Positions 26,323 through 41,536 of a stretch of DNA of 64,000 bases are shown here, one piece after another (within the stretch, counting starts at the first letter, position 1; each line of letters starts with the position of its first letter). Below the pieces are notes generated by a model. It made no database searches and had not been told where the DNA came from. It saw only the letters and a list, made by a program, of their open reading frames with translations. A program made the position numbers and the translations under genes. Origin of the DNA: Octopus sinensis. Taxonomy: Eukaryota. The stretch lies in the NCBI RefSeq assembly GCF_006345805.1, contig NC_042998.1:15314001-15378000 (forward strand), read 5' to 3'.

Positions 26323-26323
<1 letters not shown>
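25925..26323 (-). mobile_element. Two diverged SINE family A copies (25925-26097, 26160-26323)
   Basis: ATCGACC..CTGGTAC..GATGAAA..GAACTCAGAAC..GCTAAC..GCCAGCTCG motifs. Confidence 0.8.
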
Positions 26324-26324
<1 letters not shown>

Positions 26325-26401
<77 letters not shown>

Positions 26402-26406
26402 TAATA

Positions 26407-26444
<38 letters not shown>

Positions 26445-26491
26445 TAATGATAATAGTAATAATGATAATAACAATAATAATGATAATAATG

Positions 26492-26526
<35 letters not shown>

Positions 26527-26592
26527 AATAACAATAACAATAATAATGATGATAATAATAATGATAATAATGATGATGATGATAATAATAAC

Positions 26593-26658
<66 letters not shown>

Positions 26659-26660
26659 CA
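26325..26660 (+). repeat. Long (AAT/GAT)n microsatellite
   Basis: Directly visible. It explains the poly-I/poly-L/poly-Y ORFs. Confidence 0.95.
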
Positions 26661-27000
26661 TGGGTGTGCCACACCGAGATACCCATTCAGAAACAAATCT
26701 AATCTAATAACATCGGCGGAATGAGATAAAAGAGCCTGTGGAAGACTTGACTGAAGCGGTCTTTTAACAAAAATAATCACAAAAACGTAATTTTACTGCT
26801 ATACAAATCACAGTTTCTCCTAAGCACGATATCTCAGTGAAACATGTGCGAAACACACACGTGAAATCACCACCGGAAAGTTTACAAATTATAAAATAGA
26901 AATGGAACAAAACAGTAAGTACATAAACTGAGTAATTACTCATACACTCGAATGTCTACACAATGAAAATGATAATAATAGTAATAATAATGGTAATAAC

Positions 27001-27058
<58 letters not shown>

Positions 27059-27062
27059 TCTT

Positions 27063-27504
<442 letters not shown>

Positions 27505-27573
27505 TAATAATAATAGTCATAATAATAATAATATAATAATAATAATAATAATAATAATATAATAATAATAATA

Positions 27574-28886
<1,313 letters not shown>

Positions 28887-28904
28887 AGAAAAAGAAGAAG
28901 TTGG

Positions 28905-29085
28905 AAAAGAATCTTCTGTAGAGCTCAGAAAAAATATCACCTAGGAACAAGAAACATTGTCAGAAGGTTTCTAAGCACTTGAAGAACTACTGAAAACTTG
29001 TGGATACCTAAGGTTACATGTAGTAACCCGCTACCAACATAAATCTTACCAGGAAAGTGATCGAATCTGAGTCAAATCTACAATA
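28905..29085 (+). mobile_element. R4/Dong-like family 3, extreme 3' end
   Basis: LGTRNIVRRFLST* corresponds to LGTAHILRRTLS. Distinct 3'UTR ends AAATCTAC(AAT)n. Confidence 0.65.
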
Positions 29086-29137
29086 ATAATGATTCCTTTT
29101 ATTAACCACGGTGGGGGAATAAATAGAAAAGCCAGAG

Positions 29138-29300
29138 GGGGAGAAGTCAATTACATCGACTTCAGTAGGTGAATGGAACTTATTTTATTGACCTCGAATT
29201 GATAAAAGACAAAGTCGACTTTGGCAGATTTTGAAGTTAGAACCTGAAAACGGACGAAATATTGGTAAGCATTCTGTTCGGTGTGCTAACACTTTCAACA
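29138..29300 (-). mobile_element. Diverged SINE family A
   Basis: AGTCAATTACATCGAC..AAAGTCGACTTTGGC..GTGCTAAC. Confidence 0.75.
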
Positions 29301-29304
29301 GACG

Positions 29305-29350
29305 ATGATAGTGCTAACGACGGTGATAATGAAGATGGTGCTGATGATGG

Positions 29351-29383
<33 letters not shown>

Positions 29384-29614
29384 CGACGACGACGATGATG
29401 ATGATAGTGATGATGATAGTGATGATCATGAGGACGATGATGATGATGATGATAATGATGATGATGATGATGACGATGATGATGTTGATGATAGTGATGA
29501 TGATAGTGATGATGATCATGAGGACGATGATGATGATGATAGTGATGATGATAGTGATGATCATGAGGACTATGATGATGATGATGATGGACGACGACGA
29601 CGGCGGCGATGATA

Positions 29615-29645
<31 letters not shown>

Positions 29646-29780
29646 CGACGACGACAACGACGACGGCGATGATGATGATGATGATAATGATGATGATGAT
29701 GATAGTAATGATGATGATGAGGACGATGATGATGATGATAATGATAATGATGATGACGACGACGACGATGGTGATGATGG

Positions 29781-29825
<45 letters not shown>

Positions 29826-29870
29826 CGATGATGAGGATGATGATAGTGATGATCATGACGACTACGGCGG
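29305..29870 (+). repeat. Compound (GAT/GAC)n microsatellite with higher-order GATAGTGATGATCATGAGGAC units
   Basis: Directly visible. Confidence 0.9.
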
Positions 29871-30704
29871 CAACAGCACTGCCAAATTAGAATAAAATAG
29901 ACCACCGCTTACGTGTAAAAGCTGTAAAGGGAAAACGGAGAATATAAAACAGAATGGGTTTTCTCTTTCTTTTCCATAGGATTCGTTAACAGTTGAAGAA
30001 CTATAAAATTTTTACTTTATAGCCCGAATGCAATAGATTTCAGGTAAGTGATAAATGGCATAGTATATTCGGCTGCAGCCCTTCGAAAGGTGTTAGCTGT
30101 TATAAAATATCCCAGCATTTCGATTCTGTCCACACATCGCTTGGTTTCAACTTTCCAAAGTTTTTATTTGCTGCCTATACTAGGAGCAGCAAACTGAGCC
30201 ACTGTTAGATGCAATGCACATGATAGTTTTGTATGAGAAAATCAGTCTTTTTATCGCTGCTTCGCTAATCGAATAAGCGACAGTTATAGAAAAGCTGTGA
30301 ACAGTAAACTTAAATGGAACTGTTCTTTGTTGCAAAAGCAATTACAAGTTTCGACCACGGCGTCTGTATCTTAGAATAGTTCTGGTTCTGAGCCATACCT
30401 TATACGGAAGAAGTGGAGAACTGCCTTTCGGATTATCATAATACAAATACAAATGTAATTGCGCTGTGTATAAGGCATAGATGTACTCATAAATATGTAC
30501 GTATGTGAATACTTATGGATGCGTATCTGAGCGTGTTAATGTATTTATGTGTATGGTTGTGTACGCATAGGTACACAGACACACGGACATAAATATATTA
30601 TCAATAATAATAATAATAAAGGGTAAAATTAATTAATTAACTAGTAATTAATAATTCTACCAAGTAGATTCCCAAACATACGTATATATATATATATGTT
30701 TGTG

Positions 30705-30761
<57 letters not shown>

Positions 30762-30803
30762 ATATATATATATAATATATATAATATATATATAATATAT
30801 AGT

Positions 30804-30835
<32 letters not shown>

Positions 30836-31199
30836 AGACAGAGTGACAGAGGGAGAGGTTATGAGAGGTAATGGTGTCAATAAAACACAAAGTTGTCAGG
30901 TAATGGTGAGCAAGTGCTACGGACAGACCGTAGTTAAGCTCCAGGTTCGGTGATTAAGCGAATAAGGAATCCAATGCAGGTCATATATCAGAGTGTGTAT
31001 ATATATAAAAAGAAATTTCAGAATGAGATAAAAAAAAAACCAAGGGTGTGAAGATTTTAGAACATTCTCATTCTGAATATATATATATATATATATAAAG
31101 TTAATCCAAACAAGAAAACAAAAACAAAAAAAAAGCAACGCAAGGACGTGGAACAAATAAAGTATTATTGGACGCTCAGGAAAGAAGGGAAGAAGGAGG

Positions 31200-31234
31200 G
31201 CTTGACGTTTCGAGCGGAGCTCTTCGTCGGAAAC
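31200..31234 (-). ncRNA. Variant minimal hammerhead motif (Penelope-like pLTR fragment)
   Basis: GTTT-CCGACGA-A-GAGC-TCC-GCTC-GAAA-CGTC-AAGC: perfect helix II, GUC cleavage triplet, core CCGACGA instead of CTGANGA. Confidence 0.55.
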
Positions 31235-31795
31235 ATAGGAGAAGGAAAGATCCCGAGAAGGGGAGACGGGAGAAAAATCGCTAGTGATACAGACAAGATC
31301 ACATATATATATATAGGTGCGTGTAAATACATATGTGTATATATGTATGTATATGTCTGTATGTATGTATGTAAAGATTTATATTCGAGTGTATATAAGA
31401 TGTTATAAGTAAAGATATTTCTATTCTGTACTTTTCCAGATTTAGGAATAATAACAAAAGTAAAAATGTGAGATCGATTGGCAGTTTGTAAGAAACTAGG
31501 AAAGAAAACTGAGAAAATACGAGGAATACCTCGAAAGAGATGTAGAGAAAAAGAAAGCGATAAAGAAAGAGAGAGAAATATAAGAGGCAGAGAAAAAAAG
31601 AGAGCAAACAAGCATAAAGAGAGACACATAGGGACAACGAATTATTGTGTGTGTGTATTATATCAGGTGTTTTGTGTATATGTGTGTATGTGTTTGTGTA
31701 TGCGTGCGTGTTGCAATGTGCTTGTCATTATGTCTGATTGAGAACTGGAGAGATGTAGAACCAAAGAAACAATGACGAGTATCTGGTTCATTTAA

Positions 31796-31950
31796 TCTAT
31801 ATATATAAAACTGAGAATGTGTGTGTGTCTGTCTGTCTGTGTTTCCATAAAACTTGAGAACTACACAACCAATTTCATTCAAATTTTACACATGCGTTAC
31901 TTCGGGTCCGGGGAATGTCATGGGCAAAAAAAATTTAACTTCTTGTGATG
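31796..31950 (+). mobile_element. Helentron/HINE-like non-autonomous element, 5' part
   Basis: Starts TCTATATATATAAAA, then a (GT)/(GTCT)n tract and CAACCAATTTCATTCAAATTTTACACA. Confidence 0.55.
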
Positions 31951-32095
31951 GATAATAGTGATGGAGAAATGTGTAAAACGTCTGAAGCAGTATAGTTTTA
32001 AAAACTGCATGGCTGTATGTTGGAGTGCTTCATCACTATGTATACACACACACACACACACAGACACACACACACAAATACACAGACACACACAT

Positions 32096-32363
32096 TCTTT
32101 TATTCTTTTACTCATTGACACGTTTCAGTCATTTGACTGCGACCATGCCGCAGCACGGCCTTCATTCGAACAAATCAACCCCATGACTTTTTGTCTCGGA
32201 GTCTTTTGTCGAATTGCTAAGCTACGGTGACGTAAACACACAAACATCGGTTATCAAACGATGGCGGGGACAAACGTAAACACGCCGATAAACACACATA
32301 CACTCATAAACACAGACACACACACAAACACACACAGACAGACAGACAGACAGACACACACAA

Positions 32364-32396
<33 letters not shown>

Positions 32397-32452
32397 CGAC
32401 GGTCTTTCAGATTCCACTCACAAGGCTTTGCCCAGCCCGAGGCTATAGTAGA
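32096..32452 (-). mobile_element. SINE family B, diverged and 5'-truncated
   Basis: TTTCAGTCATTTGACTGCGACCATGC..CACTCACAAGGCTTTG. Confidence 0.8.
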
Positions 32453-32514
32453 TATATATATAGTAGTTATATATATAGTAGATATATATTGTAGTTATAT
32501 ATATATGTATACAC

Positions 32515-32573
<59 letters not shown>

Positions 32574-33049
32574 GTGTGTGTGTGTGTGTGAATAAACGCA
32601 TCGTTACCTTCAACTGCCTCAATTTTTTCGAATGTGGCGCAAAACGAATAGATACCTATACCGACACATACTTATAACTACACGTATAAAAGCGTTTAGA
32701 TAACTCTACACCCATTTATTTTAAAATGTAATACACACACACATGTATGTATGTAATTTATCTATGATTAAATACTCACACAGGTACACGCATAGACTTA
32801 TCTAAGTGTCCCATTATATTTCAATAACATCATTTCGGCAAATATCTTCGAAAAAGTCCCATCATATTTTACCACAAACGTATAAACAGTTGCTTCAATG
32901 GTCGACCGAAGGTGAGGTTTAATGACGCTATTAACTGATACATGGCCTGGCCTGGTCCAATAGAAACTATACTATTTCGGATGTATTCATCCGTGTATAC
33001 ATGGACATATTAGATATATGGATGGAAAGATAATTTCGCTCAACAAATA

Positions 33050-33059
33050 CACGAAACAC

Positions 33060-33129
<70 letters not shown>

Positions 33130-33360
33130 GTCTATTTATTTATCTATCTATCCATCAATCCATCTATCTACACACACACACACTCACTAACACACTCACA
33201 CACACACACATACACACACAAACACAAACACACATGTATACATACATATATGTATCAATTTATCTATATTTATTATACATATACATGTATATCTATGTAG
33301 GGTTATATATAAGTGTATATATATGTATATGTATGTATACATATGTATCAAGATGCATGC

Positions 33361-33392
<32 letters not shown>

Positions 33393-33558
33393 CATATATA
33401 TATTCATAGTTTGAGTATTGCACATATTTATATTTCTGTATATGTACATATGTCTGTGTATATAAATTGAAATTTAGTTGTAACAAATATTACGCATGCA
33501 CACCTACCTCCGTTTTTACTTTCGCATATAGAAGCACACACACTCACACACATTCAAA

Positions 33559-33615
<57 letters not shown>

Positions 33616-33692
33616 TATATAATATATAATATATATATATATATATAAATATATATATATATATGTATATATATGTATATATATATACATAC

Positions 33693-33760
<68 letters not shown>

Positions 33761-33789
33761 TATATATATGTATATATATGTATATATAT

Positions 33790-33843
<54 letters not shown>

Positions 33844-33910
33844 ATACATTTATACATATATACATATATGTGTGCATAGCTACGAACGAAAATACATAAA
33901 TAGACACATA

Positions 33911-33944
<34 letters not shown>

Positions 33945-33960
33945 TATATGAAACTGTGTG
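33050..33960. repeat. Compound (TATC)n/(CA)n/(TA)n tracts
   Basis: Directly visible. Confidence 0.9.
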
Positions 33961-34597
33961 TGTGTGTGTGTGTGCTTGTTAGTATTTACGTATATGCGCT
34001 TGGTCAGGTGCTTTATTTCTCTATCTGCATGAGTGTGTGGATATGTGTGTACGAGTGTATATGCACGTGTGTGTGTGTGCGTGAGTGTATGGGTATGTAT
34101 GGTAAGAACTGGTAGGTTCCATTGATAGGAAACCCAGTAAGTAACTTGTATAGTCATATAAATTCTTTTATACTATTATACTTAATATTGATCTGTCTGG
34201 AACTGGAAGTGATTTTCCTGTTTGTGTACAATAGAAGTTGAATGGTAATGATGATGATGATGATGATGATGATAATGATAATTATGATGATAATGATGGT
34301 TGTGGTAATGATACTGATGATAATAATTATCATGATGATGATCATGATGACGATAATTTAATAATTTTGTTATAATTATATAAATAACAAAACTCTTATT
34401 AACAGAAACTCTTATTAGTAATATTAATACTAATGTTATTAACATATTTTTTCTCATGAATAATAATGATGTTGAAAGACGATGATGATGATGATGATGA
34501 GGTGGATGTTGGTAATGATGATGATGATGATGATGATGATGAATACTTTCTACTGGAAATGACGAAGGTAATAACAATGCTTTCTTCATTAGGGATA

Positions 34598-34772
34598 GGA
34601 GATAAGTCGATTATATAGACCCCAGAATTTCACTGCTACTTAATTTATCGACGTGGACAGGATGAAAGCCAAAGTCGTGTTCGTTGGAATTTGAAATCGA
34701 AGCAAAAAAACGGACGAAATGCCGCTCAGCATTTTGCTCGGCGTGCTGACGATTCTGCCAGCCCCCCGCCGT
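34598..34772 (-). mobile_element. Diverged SINE family A
   Basis: AAGTCGATTATAT..GGATGAAAGCCAAAGTCG..GCGTGCTGACGATTCTGCCAG. Confidence 0.75.
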
Positions 34773-34793
34773 CTTAATCAATAATGGTAATTA

Positions 34794-34840
<47 letters not shown>

Positions 34841-35266
34841 GTTCTCTTTTACTTGCTTCAGTCATTTGACTGTGGCCATGCTGTAGCACTGTCTTTAGTC
34901 GATCAAATCGACCCCAGGACTTCTTCTTTCTAAGCCTAGTACTTATTCTATCGGTCTCCTTTGCCGAACCACTAAGTTACGGGTTACGTAAACATACCAG
35001 CACCGGTTATCAAGCGATGTTGGGGGTACAAACTGAGATACACAAACGCACAAACACACACACACACACACACATATATATACACATATATAGATGCATA
35101 TATACAACGGGATTCTTTCAGTTTCCGTCTATCAAATTCACTCACAAAGCTTTGGTGGGCCTGAGGTTATAGTAGAAGACAGTTGCCCAAGGTGCCACGC
35201 AGTGGGACTGAACCCGGAACCATGTGGTTGGTAAGCAAGCTACTTATCACACAGCCACTCCTGCAC

Positions 35267-35268
<2 letters not shown>
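34841..35268 (-). mobile_element. SINE family B, full length
   Basis: Complete reverse complement of the family B head, core and tail. Confidence 0.92.
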
Positions 35269-35302
<34 letters not shown>

Positions 35303-35322
35303 ACTACTACTACTACTACTAC

Positions 35323-35407
<85 letters not shown>

Positions 35408-35616
35408 AATAGTGATTTCATTTATTTGACAGCAGGGCGAAGGATGAGGTGACAATACAAGGGCACGAATGATAAAAGACTGACACAAACGAAAAAATAA
35501 ACGTAATAGTAATATTAACAATAGACATAGAATCCACTTCAGCACGAAATAGTCCGGGGCAGCCACAAATTGGAAAAGCATTGACTGTACCATTCTATTT
35601 TGAAGTAGGTTGTACC

Positions 35617-35849
35617 TATTTCTTTATTACCCACAAGGGGATAAACACAGAGGGGACAAACAAGGACAGACATATATATTAAGTCGATTACATCAACCCC
35701 AGTGCGTAACTGGTAATTAATTTATCGACCCCGAATGGATGAAAGGCAAAGTTAACCTCGGCGGAATTTAAACTCAGAACGTAGCGGCAGACGAAATACC
35801 TCTAAGCATTTCGCCCGTCGTGCTATCGTTTCTGCCAGCTCGTCGCCTT
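35617..35849 (-). mobile_element. SINE family A, full monomer
   Basis: TATTTCTTTATTACCCACAAGGGG..GCCAGCTCGTCGCCTT. Confidence 0.92.
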
Positions 35850-37444
35850 GAACCCTGTCCCACTCTAACATAGCCATTACTCTGACCTGCTCCCAGTAGG
35901 ATGTAGTTCTGTGACCCTCACTTGGTGACCTGAGGTGCCATACGTCTGAGTATCGTCACAAACTGCTCGGAAATGCAGTTTGTTGCAGATATCCTTCGAG
36001 TGTCATGTTCGCTGTTGCTATTACAGTTCAGGTTTTGATTTCCTCATTTAATATAAACTACAGAAGGTAGAACATCTAAATCATTTCTCGATTCGGCAGA
36101 GGATTGTTTGTATTCTTCCTATCCGTCTATTTGCCACACATCTAAAATATGTTTCTTATTTTGCCACATAGCGTTTCCTGTTCTGAGAATGACATGACTC
36201 CAGGGCAAATAATAATTCTTTTATATTTTTCAAAGCGTTTTATATTTTTCAAAGACTTCCACAGAAGGCGAAATCCATTGATTAGTGGCGTGCACGAACG
36301 ATGCTTTTGTTTCATTTTATGTCGTCTTTAATATCGCTAATGCTGTCCTTGTAGATTATTTTTCTGTAATTTTCGTTGTCATGTATTTTTGTTCTTGATG
36401 TTATTTCCGTGGTGATGCTGATAGTAGTAGGCATAGTAGTCACTATTGCTATAGTTAATGATGTTACTGCTGGTGTTGGCGCCGTACATGTTGCCGTTTA
36501 TTGTTTCTACTTATTATTTCATCATTGCTAGTGGCGTTCTTGCTACTAATACTATTGAAGTTGTTGGAATTCATAGTGATGATCATAGTCTTATTGATGG
36601 CGTCCACGTTGTGGTTATTACTGTTCTTTAAATGTTTTTAGATACTCTGTCTTTTCCACTATAGTTACCACCTCAATTTGATAACTTGCTGGTGAACTTC
36701 TACTGTCAAAGTCGTTTAAGCACATGGTAGGAGGAGAGGAAAATATAATTTCTCCGGAAACCATTCCTCCATTTTAACTTTTACTGGCCATCTTGTGAGA
36801 AAAGTGTTCGACAGAGAACGTATATTCGCATATTTAGGAAATAACTCACAAACAATGTTTCCAGCGTGGACGTCACTTTTCGGAATAATAAAAATAATAA
36901 TGATAATAATAATGATGATGAGGATAATAATAATAATGATAATAATAATAATAATAATAATAATAATATAATAATAATAATAATAATAATAATGATAATA
37001 ATAAAATAATAAACAATAATGTGTGATGGTTGCAAGTGAAAGGGCTGATGACAGACTAATTAATCGACTTTTTCTGGTTTGTCTGGGGAAAAAAGCTATT
37101 GGCGAAACGAAAGGAAAATGTTTAGAGAAAGATGAGAGTAGAGAGGAAATTTGATGGATGTATTGAGAGTGATACAAGTGAATGGACATGCGTTAAACGT
37201 AAACCTAAAGGCTCAAAAATTACTGCAACGAGATAGTACTTGCCATGGTACACCTTGTGATCACGGTGAGTCAGGATGCGTGGGATACCTAATTCGCTTC
37301 TAGGTTGAGTATTCCGAGTAGAAGGGAATATTTTGATATAATTTTCTTAATTTTCATTCTTTTATTGTTTACACTTGTTTTTTGTAACTTACCACTGTCC
37401 TTTACCCAAGTATTAACTGTTTTTGCTATACTAGTGACGAATGT

Positions 37445-38160
37445 GTGGCGAAAGATGCTGTCCGGTGGTCGAGGCTGAAAGGCATGAGGACAGATACATT
37501 CCTCTTTTGCAGAGGTCTCATTGACTTCTTCAAGTTTCACTTGAAAAAAAACTCGAGAATGAGTGGGAAGTGCTGTCCTGGAGTGAGTTTATTAAAAGGT
37601 GTGTGAAAGTTGCAAAAATAGCAAGAGTGTAACATCTCTTATGCTACACTCACCCTAGGAGGCTAGGTGTGTTTCTGTGAGTGATTGGAGTCAATGGATT
37701 TCGCCTTCTGTGGAAGTCTTTGAAAAATATAAAACGCTATGAAAAATATAAAAGAATTATTATTTGCCCTGTAGTCATGTCATTCTCAGAACAGGAAACG
37801 CTATCTGGCAAAATAAGAAACATATTTGGTTTGATTATACAAATTTCCATACGACATAAATATTATCCACTCGGATTGTGTATCTTTGCATCTCTAAGTG
37901 TAGATATCTAAGTCGGAGAAAGGGAATTGGAGAGGTCACATGCTCTTGGTGTTCAGGGAGATCTTGGAGAGTGAGGCTCTTCGGTTATCCCTAGACGTCA
38001 TCCTGTATCAGGGGAACTACGTCTCTACCCACCTTTTCTGTGTTAACCCTTGTATACTATGTGTATTTCTCTTCCTTTTCACTGTATATTTTATTATTTA
38101 TTTATCTTATCATTTCTTTATATGTAAACCCCTACACTTTATGTCTGTTTCTTAGTGCCC
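37445..38160 (+). mobile_element. Probable Tx1/L1-like LINE 3' remnants (37445-37680, 37910-38160)
   Basis: RWSRLKG..DTFL..LIDFFKFHLKK resembles a Tx1-type ORF2 C-terminus, followed by a T-rich UTR-like tail. Assignment from recall only. Confidence 0.4.
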
Positions 38161-38263
38161 ACTTCATCCTTCGCCCTGGTGGCAAATAAACGAAATCATT
38201 ATCATTATTATTATATTATTATAACTACTAGAAGTAGAAGCAACAGCAGTGGTTGTAGTAGTA

Positions 38264-38465
38264 GGCGAGCTGGCAGAGTCGTTAGCACGCCGGACGGAAT
38301 GCTTAGCGGTATTTCGTCTGTCTTCACATTCTGAGTTCAAATTCCGCCGAGGTCGACTTTGCCTTTCATCCTTTCGGGGTCGATTAAATAAGTACACAGT
38401 TACACACGTTTGTCTGTCCTTGTTTGTCCTCTCTGCGTTTAGCCCCTTGTGGGTAGTACATAAAT
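38264..38465 (+). mobile_element. SINE family A with a small internal deletion
   Basis: GGCGAGCTGGCAGAGTCGTTAGCACG..GAGTTCAAATTCCGCCGAGG. Confidence 0.9.
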
Positions 38466-38469
38466 AGGT

Positions 38470-38817
38470 TGTAGTAGTAGTAGTGGTGGTTGTTGTGTTT
38501 GTGGTAGTAGTAGCATCATCATCATCAGCAGCAATATTAATAGCAATAGCATCAGTAGTAGTAGTAGAAGTAGTTGTAGTAGTAGTGGCATCAGCATCAG
38601 TAGTAGTAGTTGTAGTAGAAGTAGTACTAGTAGGAGTACTAGTAGCATCAGCATCAGCACTAGTAATAGTAGTTGTAGTAGAAGTAGTAGTAGGTGTAGC
38701 AGCAGAAGTAGTAGTAGTAGTAGTTGTAGTAGAAGTAGTAGTAGGTGTAGCAGCAGCAGTAGTAGTAGTAGTAGTTGTAGTAGAAGTAGTAGTAGCGGCA
38801 GCAAGAGCAGCAGCAGC

Positions 38818-38872
<55 letters not shown>

Positions 38873-38875
38873 AAA
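38470..38875. repeat. Compound (GTA/GCA)n repeat with higher-order units
   Basis: GTAGTAGTTGTAGTAGAAGTAGTAGTAGGTGTAGCAGCAG recurs. Confidence 0.9.
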
Positions 38876-39545
38876 GTGGTAGATTAATTTGCAAATTCTA
38901 CTCTAGCAATAAAGTAAGCTAATTTCACTATAGTAGATTGAAATGCATCAAGGATGGCGCTCCAGCTGTGGTTGTCGTCCAATGACTCGGACCTACGGAA
39001 GATAAATGTACAATTTGTCCTTCAGTAACAGTACTACAGTTTACGCATGTATTCTTCCGTGCAATTACAAATTAAGAAGTACAATTTAATATGTTAAGTG
39101 GTTTGATGCATTTCTTTACACAAAAATCGATTTGTAGGAGAAACTAGAAACCAAGAAGCCGAGAAACCAAGGCGTAAACGAATGCAATATGATACATCAA
39201 CGCATAAAACTCCTTCTCGCCGTTCTCTTAACATATCTGTAAAATAAGTAAAGCCAAGCCGAAGTGAAAACTAGAAAAATATTCCGATTATACGCATTCC
39301 ACTTTGCGTCATAGATTAGTCCTGTTACTACAATGACAAATATTAGTATATGTTTCTTTATTAGCCATACAGGGCTGAACACAGACAGGACAAATTACAA
39401 AGTAGAGCTTTTCGTTTTGGGGCGAAAAAAATGTGGGGTAGGTTTTCGATCAAAAGGGATCGTAGAAAGGGAAGAAACAATATGTGATTATCAAAACAAA
39501 GATGTATGTCGGGACGTTGCTCCCGGTGCATTAATTACGCGAGGG

Positions 39546-39917
39546 TGGAGGCGCAATGGCCCAGTGGTTAGGGCAGCGGACTCGCGGTTTCGATTCCGAG
39601 ACCGGGCGTTGTGAGTTTTTATTGAGCCAAAACACCTAAAAGCTCCACGAGGCTCCGGCAGGGAATGGTGGTGATCCCTGCTGTACTCTTTCACCACAAC
39701 TTTCTCTCACTCTTACTTCCTGTTTCTGTTGTACCTGTATTTCAAAGGGCCGGCTTTGTCACTCTCTGTGTCACGCTGAATATCCCCGAGAACTACGTTT
39801 AGGGTACACGTGTCTGTGGAGTGCTCAGCCACTTACACGTTAATTTCACGAGCAGGCTGTTCCGTTGATTCGGATCAACCGGAACCCTCGTCGTCGTAAC
39901 CGACGGAGTTCTTCCAC
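39546..39917 (+). mobile_element. SINE family C with 13-bp TSD
   Basis: tRNA head TGGCCCAGTGGTTAGGGCAG / TTCGATTCC. AATTACGCGAGGG occurs at 39533-39545 and 39918-39930. Confidence 0.95.
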
Positions 39918-41536
39918 AATTACGCGAGGGCTTATTAGTGTCAGTTTGAATGTGAAGCCGGTTTACCAATACAAGTCAATGAGAACTTCTAAATCTAGTT
40001 TACTCACCTATTATATTATTTATAATTGCTTATATCTCGTTTAACTTAGTACATCGTTTGAAATTGATCACGCAAATAAAATAAGTAATTATGTTGCAAA
40101 TGATTTCTCCATGGTTATTAGCGCTGTCTCTTAATTAAACTGGCTTGAATTGTGAATAATCTCTAGATACAGCTTAAATTAAGCAGTATTTTTATTTTCA
40201 TATATTTATGACACTCTTTATGGAAAAATTGAATGTGGAGTGGCATGAGTCTTCAGTGAAATTATCATACTAATTACAAATCTGATGTTAGTTGATGGTT
40301 TAAACAAGAAACTAATACTGTAAGTTAGCTAAGTATCTCGAAAATATGACAAGGAAAACTTAGTGCATATGCATATCGAGGGCTGGAAAAAGGAAATTAA
40401 TTGAGAATACAAGCCGCTTAAGTTACTATATTACAACCAATAAGTATTAAATATGAACCAGGCAATACTTCATATGCAAAAGTGTGTATTATTTTATGGT
40501 TTTAGTAGTTTTAATCTTGGGATGCGGTCCTACTGGGCTACCCTCTTTGAAGGATTCACTTGATTACTTGAAACAGAGTATTTGATATTATGATCGCAAT
40601 AAAAAAAAGAGACAGCATGGTTTAAAGCTCAATGGCAAATGCAGAACAGACTAAAGCAAGACATTTTATTCGATGCACCAGGTTTTCTTCTGTCTTATCA
40701 CAGTCGACCTTCTGTCTCTAAAAGAATATAGCCTTCTGCTTAATGACATAACAATTCCAGAGAATGTTTGGTTTCTGAGATTATCTACCCTTCTCATCTA
40801 CAGCCGGGCTTGCACCAGGCGTTTCTTTGCATTCTATTTTAGGTATACCAAGAATTTAACTATTATGGTATTTAATATTATATTATTACTTATTTTTCTT
40901 CAAAATTCGTTTTATTGGCCACTATTAGCCGTTTTTTTTAGCCCATGTTTATTTTAATTATGCCAATTTCCATACGACATAAATATTATCCGCTCGGTTT
41001 GTGTATCACTGAATCTTATATTTGAGGGATTTAAATTAGCAAGACGGCTGTGCTTACGATGCGTTTTGAGATAGAAACAGATGAGTCTACAACTGACCTT
41101 TGTACCTTCCTTTCTCAACTAAATTCCTCATATACGACAGCAACGTTTTGTTCAGCTCACCTGGAAGCGAAGTAAATTTCGATAAAATATCTCGGTTTTC
41201 AACATTTTATTTTCATTTTTTGTTCAAGTTTATACCACTGGGCACAGTATGAATAATTTTCCACATTCAAATTATGATATTATATATGTATGCTTACATA
41301 TATGTATGCTTACATAAGTGTACGTGTGTGTGTGTGTGTGAGAGTGGCAAGTATGTTTGTATAACTGCATGTATGTGAGTCCTTGTGTGTGTACGTGTGT
41401 GTGTGTGTTTGTGCGCCTGTGTTTGTGTGTCTGTATGTGTATACATATATACATACATACATACATACGTACACACATACATACATAGATACATACATAC
41501 ATACATACATACATACATGCATGCATGCGCATACAG

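Noticed and set aside
29262-29895. Asp-rich or His-rich ORFs resembling biomineralisation proteins
   Set aside because: All frames are open simply because of (GAT)n, and the N-terminus comes from a SINE. No signal peptide or splice support.
37045-37095. CTGATGA-CAGAC..GTCTG-GGGAAA hammerhead-like string
   Set aside because: Two extra G before GAAA, and no helix I or III.
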